Source of the DNA: Antedon mediterranea
Lineage: Eukaryota > Animalia > Echinodermata
Length of the DNA stretch: 64,000 nt
Assembly: GCF_964355755.1 (NCBI RefSeq)
Contig: NC_092680.1
Coordinates: forward strand, 620,001 to 684,000
Reading direction: 5' to 3'
Shown here: in pieces, positions 37,244 through 49,200 of the stretch
How the letters are laid out: the number at the start of each line of letters is the position of its first letter
Numbering within the stretch: position 1 is the first letter of the stretch
Made by a program: the position numbers and the translations under genes
Notes under the pieces: generated by a model
What the model was told of the DNA's origin: nothing
What the model saw: the letters and a program-made list of their open reading frames with translations, nothing else
Database searches by the model: none

Positions 37244-40200
37244 TCAGTGACTCAACTTTGACCTTTGTCTAGCTGATCCTACACGTGAAATTGGTCGATC
37301 TTGCATTCGAACCTGCTTCTTCACTTTATCTGACCTCTCTGACCCCTCTGTAGTGGACTTAATGATAGATTCACTGGCTGTGGACGTTCTTTTTGTTCTA
37401 ATAGAATCTTTGTATTTTTGAGCCCTTGTGTCACCTTTGTTTCTAGATTTAGCTTTTAATAGAAAGAAAGATGCAATTAAAATATAGTAATAAAACATAA
37501 ACATAGAAATCACATATATATATACACTGTATATTGGCATTGAAATCACACATATCTACACACACTGTATATTGGCATTGAAATCACACATATATATACA
37601 CACTGTATATTGGCATTGGTATATTTCTAGGCTGTCTATTAAGAGTTAACTTATTTCTAGGCTGTCTATTAAGAGTATAGTATAGTTAAAAGTGTTTAAT
37701 GTTGGCAATAAATAATAACAATATTGAAATATGCTGTAAAATGTTTGAAAATGATTAACATTTCTTCTTCACAGCATTGATTTATATAAACTATACACTC
37801 CAGGCTCAACTATCTATACAAGGCCGTAGTGAGAGGTTAAAAACAGACTTATGCCTCATCTGTTTTTAACCTCTCACTACGGCCTTGTATAGATAGTTGA
37901 GCCTGGGGTATAGTTTATGCCGCATATATTTATTTATTCATATAAAATATGATGATCTGTGCTGGGGAATTGTGGTGGGTGGTGAAAATTATATATATAT
38001 ATATATATTTTATATTTTATTTTCAGTTATGTATAATTAACAGACTCAATACTCACTTTGTCTATTTTTGTCATTTTCTTTTTCAACAGTACTGTCAGTA
38101 GAATGTTTTGATTCTTCATCGGCTATACTGTGGAGTACTAAATAAATATACAGATATTATTAAGACATCCCTTTAACACAAGTTTAAAACAAGTTTGATT
38201 TAATAATAAAAGTTATCTTAACATTTCCAAAATAATTGTAGTGTGACTATAGGAGGTGTCCTCATGTCACAAATAGACATAATTTGTATTGTTTGTAGTT
38301 GCTTGGTGTTGTTTACTGATGCCTAATTTTCTATGAAATCTTCATTCAACTCTTCAGGCAAAGAGTGTATCTTGCATCTTGCATAAGGACAGCCAATTCT
38401 TTAATAATAATAATAATCTTTCTCTCTTTCAGAAATGCTTTTTGTGTTTTTTAAACTTACTTTAATTGTCACAAATGTACATATTATATACTGAGAATAA
38501 CAGAGAATTGTAATAAAAGTGACATGAACTCACACAATACTAAAAAAAAGAGATGTGTCTGTAAAGTTTAACAACTGCACGAAATACCTGATAAAATACT
38601 GGAAGCTCTGTCATCTCCATTCAGACGCACCTGTTCATCCTCTATAGCCGATACATAGTGCGAGTATTTCCATTCCACTTTCTGAATACCGTCATCAAAA
38701 TTATCCTCAAAGAACTCATTTAAACTCTTTGATGTTTGTGTTGCTGATGCATTGCTGGTACGATCATCCTCATACTCTGATATGTAACCTTTTCTTGCAA
38801 ATTCCTAAATTCCAACAAATGGTTGATTTTCATTTCAGTTTTCCTTCCAACTAATCATAGTATATTTTATTTGTTTATCATATTAATAATAGAGATGTGT
38901 TTAGTTTGAGAAAGAGCCGGGAGCTGGTGTTACTATAATAATAATAATAATAATATCTTGGATTTATAGCGCCTATTGTTGTGAAACCTCTAAGCGCTGA
39001 ACATTATTACCCCAGTCATTTTTTCCTGATCAAACACCTATAGAAACATACTAACATAGTGCAGCTAGCAATCAGCGCAAAGTTGTGTCTTGATCTAACC
39101 GGGTACCCATTTATACACCTGGGTGAAGAGAGGCAAACGTAAGTAAAGTATCTGGCCCAAGGACACAAGCAATGCGGATTGGATTGGATTCGAACCTCGA
39201 TCTCACGATCAGTATCTGGCCCAAGGACACAAGCAATGCGGATTGGATTGGATTCGAACCTGGATCTCACGATCAGTAGTCGATGATGGGTTTAGTTTCT
39301 AATTTGAATAAATGTTCTTGAAATCATTTACCTTATCTTGTTGTATCCTTTTCTTCTCCATCTCTTTCCTCATTTGCCTCTTCTTTTTCTTTTCTAGTTC
39401 ATAAAGGAGTTTTTCTTCGGCAACGGTGTTCTTATATTTAAGAAATTCATTCCAATGCGGATACAGAACACGGAACACAGTCATCTGAAAATAAAAAATA
39501 AATTAAGATGCTTTTTAATATTTTTGGCGATATTTGATTTGTTTGAAGGTTGCATGGCGAAATCAAATGTTGATATAAAGTTTGCGGTACACCACATGTA
39601 TTAGTTTTGAAAAGAGGACGATCAAAGCATTATTGATCGAAACGTCGAGAAACTCAACAGTACTGCAAACTTTATATCAACGATATTTATTTTGTGAACA
39701 AAGCAATCATCGATTTTCCTGAAAATCATTAGGCATGATGTGTTGGTTTTTAGCTATTTACAAAATCGAACCACAATTCAGGATGATAACTTGAAAGAAT
39801 TTTGCCAAGTAACAAAATGTTTTGAGTGTTTTAAAATGAAAAGATGGCAACTGTTCATTATTGTTTGGTTATAGCTGTATTTATACCTGAGCTTCTCGGA
39901 AAGCATATGGTCCAAACTCTCTCATCCTTTTATCCAGTAGCTTCTCTGCTTGTTCTGGAGTGATATCAATCTGGAGGGATGGCGGCATCTCGGAGTTGAT
40001 GAAGCAAGCTAGGATTGTCTGGATCTTTTGATGAATTAAGGATTCCTCAGTGTGGTTGTGGTACATTTCCTAATTGTATAAAAAGTAGTAAAGTTATTAC
40101 CGAGAAATTTGCAAGAATGTTAATGTTTTGACCAGCTTTAAACTATAGTGTCTATAGGTAACAATTGTATATAATCAAAGTTACGTTTACGCTAATGACA

Positions 40201-43200
40201 GTATTGTGACATAATATGCATGTAATTTAATAATAAGTTAACAGTCAACTCTCGTAATACTGGACCCTCTGAAAACTCTACCAAAACAATTTTGACCTAT
40301 TAGGCAAGCCGTAGAATGCTGGGAGAATTGATTTATGGAGTTTTCTATGATTTTTGTGCAATTGAATTGTTATTAATTTAATTAAGACCTACTTGAATCA
40401 AAATCAGAGTTTAAATTTTATATTTGACTAACTTAGCTTTAGAAGACATAACATAATAATTGTTAAGCTCTGTCTACACTATCAAACTTTATGTGACAAA
40501 AAAAATGTGATGTGCCCATATATGGACATGATGATGTCATATCACTACCATATTTGGGCATATCACTACCATATTTGGGCACATCACTACCATATTCAGT
40601 TTTAACTATAAGCACTTGCCTTGAACTTCTGTACTTCCAACCAAAATAAAATATCATTCTCCAAATGATCACCTCGCAATGAAACAAATTTACGAAGCTG
40701 GCTGCAAGTGACCGCGTTCTGCATAGCATGACGAAAAGCGATAATTTCTCGTGAGGATGATACCCACTTGCCTTCTAGAAGCTACAATAATGATTAAATA
40801 ATAATAATTAAAATAGTATGTGGTATTATAACAACATATTCAAAAGAAATCATTTTAATATGTTTTTTCATCGAAATTAAAATTATTATTGTAATTAAAA
40901 TTGTTCTTTCTTTTTTTTTCAAACCAGTAAAATATAAAAGTAAACAAGTAACTTCTAGAAGCAGCAATAATGATTAAATAATAATAATAATTAAAAAATG
41001 TATGTGGTATTATAATAACATAATCAAAATGAAATAACACCATTTTTCTTGAAATCATATTTAAAAATATTATTATTAAAATGTTTCTTTCTGTCATGGA
41101 TGAGTCTATTAGGAACTTAATAGTTAGTTATTAGGGTTAAGGCCTTACCTTATAAATAGCCATTGAGCGTTGTTTCTTGGCCAGAAGGAGGTCATCCACA
41201 ACGTCGTCTATTTTTAACAGCGGCTTCATCCGTTGATAGAAACCATCGGTTGATAAGAACATTGGAAGCCACTTCTTTTGAATTCTATCTTGGACATACT
41301 TCTGAGCTTCAATGAGGATCTGGGTAGGGGGACGATCCAATAGAATCTTTCCCCAGCCTCCGCCAGCTTGCATAACCTAATTGTGTAAAAATTAAATCAT
41401 TTTATAATGTTCTGATGTGGCAGCCAAAACATGGGCTTGCAAAACAATGAAGACCAGCACTCACATACATTGATGTACTAGAGAGAAGAACTGGTTGTCA
41501 CAATGGAAGTTATGGAGGAATCTAGTCATAAGTTTGGGCATGTCCCGGACTAAGTAGGTAAAGTATAATATATTTAATGGCTTAAATACAATCTTAGATA
41601 ATGTTAATATTGTATATAGCACTTTTAACAATTCAATTTATTAAAACATTCAAACTTGTAAATCTATACATTAAAACCAGATACATGAAATACATACAAA
41701 ATTGATTTGTTCCAGTTTAATAAATAATAAATATATATTAAGTTACAAACAAAATTGACCATTCATACTTTGATCACACATTACTGGCCATTGAGTGACC
41801 ATTCATACTTTGATCACACATTACTGGCCATTGAGTGACCATTCATACTTTGATCACACATTACTGGTCATTGAGTGCCATAATGGTTGACGGGAAAACG
41901 GTTTAATGACCAATTTGTCAGACAAATCTATTTAAAGGAGAACCCTATTTAGGAGACCATTAAGAGGCCACCTTCACACTATGATCAACCCCATTCAGAT
42001 GGTAAACTTCAGAGGACACCCCTATTTAAGGGTATACATTATAAGTCTAGTATAGGTGTCCCATTAATTAAGGGTTTTATTTTATTTATGACCTATGACC
42101 TATGACCTACATACCAAGTGCTGTTGCTGACGAGTGGCAGGACTGTTAGAACCAAAAAAATACTTTTTGTTCAAATAACGAATCTTAATGTCCTTGGCTT
42201 TTTTATCTCGTCTGAGGTTATCAATATGTGATGTACGTCGGAATGACTCAATGTCCATCCAACATAACAGGTCTGTAACAGCATAATTCTCCTCTGAAAT
42301 TTATATATAAAAATGGTTATAACAGTGTTTTTTTCTGATAAACTGTCAGTAAAACACTTAAATTAGAAAAAAAAATTCAGGATGATCTGCAAAATAAATG
42401 TATTGATAATTCATTGCATTGTGGTATACAGGGCACAAGATAGTTTTCACAACATTAAGTTCCATTTGTATTAAGTGCTCAAACTTAATATCATTTATAT
42501 TGTTTAAGCTGGATGCACCATTGACTGATGTCTGCCAGCAATATAAAGATGAATCCCTTGAATAAATGACATTTTAAAATAGTAACAAATTAAAATGCGT
42601 ACCAAGAAATTGCTTAAAGTGTTCTAACTCAAGTCTATTGTGAATGAGCTTGTTGAAATCATAGTCTTTGAACTCTTGAGGGACTTTATCCCACAGTGAC
42701 TGGTAGTAAGCAGTTTGCTTAGTAGCATCATCCTCAGGCCCTATATCTGGGGTGGAAATTCTCTACATGAAATAACAAAATTTAACAATTAATAGTGAAA
42801 ATATACACATTTTATAATCTGGCAGTGGTCCCTAAACAGGAAACCAGTGCATGGGGATTCACCTTTATTATTATTATTGTTTTTGGTGAGGGATACGGTA
42901 AGACCGTGTACACATGACTAATAAGAATTTTGACTTAAAAATTCAGTACCATATTTTTAAATGAGAAAATTACATGAATTGTGCGAAATAAAGTGTATTT
43001 TAAAGATTAAAACTAAATGAAACACACAGCAAAATGATGCTTTTCAATCAAAAGTACAGGTTAAAAAGATAAAGAGTTTGTACGTGTATGCCTGCCTCTT
43101 TGAACATAGTTCTTCTCTGCAACCGTCTTAAGTATCTAGACTCCCTTGTTTCAACACGTCTTTCCTCTTGCGTCATCTGAATCTAAATATTACCAAATAA

Positions 43201-46200
43201 ATATAAATAATAGATAATTACTTTTATAATTTCAATACTAATATTCAGACATTTAAAAAAGTGATGAAACACGGCTAGTGGTATTGAGAACATACAGATG
43301 AAACAGAATTACTAGATTGGTATGTTTTGAGTGGAGTGAACCTTTTTACATGGCTGTTACTTTACACCCAGACAAACTAGTGTCTGAAACCTCTATACAC
43401 TCTGATTATTTTAGGAGATATCTATGTATGACTGTTGTTATATTTGTGTTGTGAACCAGGTATAAAGTATTTACTTGGATATTAAAATATTGCTCCTAAC
43501 CTTATCATACAAACGTTGATCAGATTGTTTCATTTCAGAAAAGGGTTGTGCCAACTTCTCTAGAATATACTCTTCAGTTAGGTCAAACAGCTCCTCAAAT
43601 GGTGGAGATATCTCCCGCCGCACTTGTCCTTGAATGTCTTTTGAGCAGCCTATGTGATAATACCCACTAGGAACAACATGCTTACCAAAAATTGCCTTCA
43701 ATATAAAAGTTAAAAAATATCAAATGCCTTTCACAATGACTACTAATTAAACTAAAAAGTTGAGATAATGTACATTTAATACTGATATAATGCATTTTCA
43801 AAAACAAAATTAATCTAAAAAGCTTGATCCTGGGAAGTGTCATTCAAAGTAACATATTTGACAATGACAATGTCTCCCTGAAAAACAGAATTACAGCTCT
43901 CTGAAAGAAGTTATAGCGATAATATGCAGCCACTAACCTGTGCTTTTCTGTTCAGCACATATTCACTAAAAGTGTCTGAGAAAAAGAGTGTGTGGTATTC
44001 TTGAATATCATGCCAGCAATGAAGACAATTGATTAAAACCTAAAATATAGAAGAAAACAAATGGAGATAACAAAACAAGATTTAAATGTGAAGACAAGTT
44101 TAGACTATGGGGGTGTAATTAAACAAGATGTAAGTGCATAATAATTGTCCCATACGCCCATATTCTTAAACAGAACTTTAGTCGTAGTTCAAACTTCGAA
44201 CCATTAAGTCGGTGATTTAGCCTGCATATCAAGGATTGAAAAATCGATCAAAATCTGTCTCGATTTAGTCAAGGTTGGCCTGATTTAGTCGCTGATTTAG
44301 TTATGAATTAAAATGATGTCATTTTCAAGTTTTATCATGAACTACGACTAAAGTCGTGGTGGTTTAAGAATACAGGCGTTATTCAGTACTTCTTTAAAGA
44401 AGTCACTCATAGCCATCACAGCAGCACATATAATAATCTCCCCTCTATCTGTATCTAACCTTGTCTCCTAGTTGCTGCAAGTACGTCATAAAGAATCCTC
44501 CAGATTTCTTCTCAAACATTAAACCTTGTAGTAAGTTCTCTATCCGCCTTCCACCAAAGAATTCACTCTCATCAGAGGCTCTGCTACTAACGTCAGATGT
44601 CCTGCTGCTGCAGGCTGAGCTTGGCCTAGCTGATTGGCCTGGGAGACTGAAGGAAACAAGGTTTTTGGAATGAGGTGATATTGGGAAAAGTGGTAAGGAC
44701 TGATACTCCTCATGGTTAGTTGCTGCATCATGGTTAGGCAGTACAGTGTGCTGGTTAGTGCCCTGGTTAGTGTGCTGGTTAGTGTGCTGGTTAGTGCCCT
44801 GGTTAGTGTGCTGGTTAGTGCCCTGGTTAGTGTGCTGGTTAGTGCCCTGGTTAGTGTTAGTAAAGCTGATTCCTTGTTGGTTAAGGTTGGTTAACTGGTT
44901 ATCAACTTGGTTTCCATGCCTGTCATCTTGCAATGTGTGACTACTGTGGTTAAGACAAGTTAGTTATTGTTGGTTAGTTAAAAACTTGGTTAGTAGAGTT
45001 ATTACAATTCAACAAATTTCCACCATCCTGTCATGATATTCTTTCAGAACTTGATGTTGCTGAGACATTAATGTTTTCCTGATAATGTAAAAGCTGATTA
45101 CATACATATTATATAAAGATTAACCAAAATGAACAAAGCATTGCAACAAGTTGAGGACATGACACATGGGTTAGCATAACATTTAAAAATAAAATGTTTA
45201 AACATACTAGCAAAACATTTAATGAAATAAATGACAAGAACATCTACAAGAAGACCCATCTTATATAAGTATATATCAACAAATTATTTCATTAAAAATT
45301 CTGCATACATAAATAATTGTAAATACAGAAAGGATTAAAGCAACAAGCTATGCTTTCATTTAGGCTCATTCACTTGATTTAAGTTATAAGTAAAGTGAAA
45401 TAAATTGAAAGGAACATGGACAACAATGTGCAATATCACATAGATTTTCTATTGGCGAAGAAAACTAATCATTTCATTCCAAAATGTTACCTTCTTACTG
45501 CCCTTGCTTTAGATTTATTCTCAGATCTGGTCACCGGTTGAGCGGATGCAGGTCGACTAAAGCTTGCCCTGCTGTTTGGCCTTGACCTGGCGCTGGCAGC
45601 CCTTGAAGTTGGTTTCGTATTTTCATGTGGCTGCTCTTTCAGCTCTTCTTGTTGGGTTTCTGCATTCATCTTTTGCCGAGTTGTTGGTGGTTTTGGCGTT
45701 ATTCCTTGTAAATTGATTGCAAATGATAAATTTGTAAAAGTACTATTTTTTATTGTTGCAGGGGAAACTTCTTTGTGTAAAGCAGAACCAGCCTGTAAGA
45801 AAGAAAAAAAAACATAAAAGGGTTTAGATTATACAAAAACATTTTATCAGTTAATAATGCAAGTAAACTTCTTTAATAATTGTGGGGAGAATCTGTCTCT
45901 AACACGCATCAAATAGTTCATGTTACAGAATGATTCCTCCAATTCCTTCTGAAGATTCAAGCTGGGAATAATTGACAATACACAGAGCAGTCACAGTAAA
46001 GCTCTGTCTATACACTATCAAACTTTATTTGACAAAAAAATGTAATGTTCCCATATATGGACATGATGATGTGAATATCACTACTATATTTGAGCACATA
46101 ACACTTTTTTTGTCAAACTAGTTTGATAGTGACTTTAAGCTCTAAGTCAGTTTAAAGTTCTGGAAAAATAATGTACATGCAACCTTACAGGCTAGGGGGA

Positions 46201-49200
46201 AAATACTTACATTTGGTACTACATCCCTCTTTAGTTTTGGCATGCATGTCTTTGGTCTTAATGGCAGTAAAGCAATAGCCTTTGGTTCAGGGTTTGCTAC
46301 CGATACTGGACGGTTTAATTGTTGCCGACGGTACAGATAGTTGGTTGCAGGATTGCACTTGTAGTGTTCTCTCATTAAGAATTTAGGAGCCCTAAAAGAA
46401 AGCAATAAATGATGATGATAAAATAGATAAATATATTTCAGGTATATTTATTCATAACAAATCGCACAAACAGAAAGCAGCCAAAATTCTACACTATCAA
46501 ACTTGTTTGACAAAAACAGTGTGATGTGTCCATATATGGACATGATGATGTCATATCACTATCATATTTGGGAATACCACATCACACTTCTTTTGTTAAA
46601 CTAATCTGTGTAGACAGAGCTTTAGGGCCGCTAATTTATTCGAGTAAAGCGAGACACATCATCATGAAACAGCAAAACAACAATCAGCATACCAGTATAA
46701 AAGTAATGGTTCCAGAACTTTAGGTTGCATTTTCAGAAGATCTGCCAAGAATGAGCACTTGTACGACTCTGAGAATCCAAGACTTCGTTGCACCTCTTGT
46801 GGCAGAACACACACTCCTCTGGAATTCACATATTTCTCTCGAAGTTGACATATAAATCTGCAATTAAAATTTAGTTTCGAAATTAGTTCCAGACTATTAC
46901 TTACTTACTCTTAAATATAAAATTACAGTACAAATAATTTTGGGTTGGATCTTCAAGATATTCTTGGTTTTAAATTGTGTGATACCTAGCCACATCAGGT
47001 GGTGATGTAACAGGGTTGAAATGTGCAGACTTTCAACCCTAAAATCTTTACTTCTAAGCAGTCAGTTCAGATTTATAGAACCGCGTTCCAAAGCCATAAT
47101 AATATAATAATATTTGAGTTTGAGGATCACTTGTGGTAGAACGAGGCTTCACGGATAAGGACTATAAACCATAGGTCCAGTGTACACAAAATATTTGCGT
47201 GTGCACTTTAGAGAACCTAGTACATCTTTTTGAGATGAGTAGGGGGTTGCCTGGTGTTCACACACAGCCTATGTTGTGACAGATTAGAGAACGACTGATG
47301 TGAAAGGGGTATGAATTGGCAGCAATGACATGACATATGTGGTTGAAATGTGTAACATCTAAATCTTTACTCCATGATTTAAATATACAGTACCATGATT
47401 GAGGAATTTTCTTGGAATGGCTCTATACAAATGGACATTATCATCATAATCAGCAATGGATGGTTAATACTTCCATCACTTTATAGAATTTTTAAGTCTG
47501 TACTTTTTTTATCTTTTAAGTATGATCTACAGGTATGCAGTATTCATATAATACTGTACTTACTGATTTTCATTATCTGTATTTAAAATGCTATTTCCTC
47601 TATCAAGATCCAACCATAAACTCCAATACTTTTCACCCAAATTTCCACATAGAAAATTCTTAAATGCATCAATGCCTTTCTTATTACTTAAGTCATAGCG
47701 CTTAGTCCTTGTAAAAATAGTATAATTGTCATCCTCCTCCTCATCACTATCAATCAAAGAATCCTCTTCAACAGAATCTTTTACGGAATTCATAGAAGAA
47801 AATGTTGATGAAGCAGATTCTATTTGTTTCGGGACGGTCAACATGTGGTCACTTTCAATAGAGGGCGATCTAATTTCTATATTATTCAGAGTGTCTTCTT
47901 GAAGGTCTGCCGATTTTACAGTTTCTGATTTGAGTACGTTTTCATCTAAATACGCATTGATTACCTCGTCAGAGCAGTTTGTCACACACTGTAGTGCACG
48001 CTTGATTGAATAAGTCACCGTCATCTTTACTAATTGATCAATGTTATCCACTACGATTGGTTTCATTACTTTAACGTCCATTTCATTTTCTATTTTCCCA
48101 TCTTCAGTTTGAATACATCCCTCATTGTCAGCTGTTTCACTATCCGCTTTCTCGCTTTCAACACCACTTTCCCCACCCTCTGATAAAACTTCTTCCAATT
48201 CCGTTTTTGATAAATTTTGCTTCACAACTGGTAAATGAACAGCGCCACCATAGTTTCGTTTTTCACTCTCAAGTACAACGCATGATTGATCTCCAATCGG
48301 CGCCCTCCAATGTTTTGGAGACGTTGGGCGTAACTTGGGAGGATTATCAAATAATTTACTGCTATTGATGGATGCATCACCATCAAAGCTAAATGTCTGA
48401 GACGGATTTGAAAATGACTCCTGTCGACACAAACTCCACACACCACTGTCGATCATACTCAAGTCTTTACTTAATGCACTTGGTGGACGTGCACTTGTTG
48501 GACGAGATTGTGCTGATAATGGTCGACTGTTTGCACTCTGAGTTGTGTTGGTGTCTGTGACAAGTTTTACATCGTTGTACCAGTCATCGGTTTGTGTGGT
48601 CTGTGTTTCCCCAAGGCATATAAACATGTCACGAAATGCGACTGATTTTGTATCTACCGCAACCGGCTTTGATACAACAGGTTTTTCAATCATAAATGGT
48701 TTATAAGATGAGTCGATGACAAGTTGTATCGGTTTATCTTCTTTAGTTGCAATCTAGCAAGATGAAAAAACATGGTTGTTAAAGGTTAAGATTTCACCTC
48801 TAATTTTATAGAATTCACTGGTTTGTTTTATTTCATCATAAAGCTAACTTGGTGCTGTCCAAGTTGAATCCAGACGAGACGAGTCGTCTTGAGATAGCGT
48901 TGGCGTAGTTTTTAGGTCATGAGGAGAACCAATATAATTTTCTTTCGACGAGACGACTAGTCAGGCCTCGTTTTTACGACGCTGTCTGAGGTGGCCTTTA
49001 TTTATCGTGATAATATTGTCTCCGAAAATGTGTTTCAAAAAGAGCCAATAAATTAGCATTGTTTAGGATTTATATTCAATACTTAATAGTTACAGTACTT
49101 TACCTCTGTTTGAGAAACAACTTTAGCAAGACGGTACTCAAGATAAATGTCAGAGTGCAGAAATGCTGGCATCCTTTCCTCTTTTATCCATTGGATTCCT

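Noticed and set aside
45000-45080. Candidate RGS22 acceptor at about 45079
   Set aside because: All three frames hit stops before reaching the exon-10 frame.
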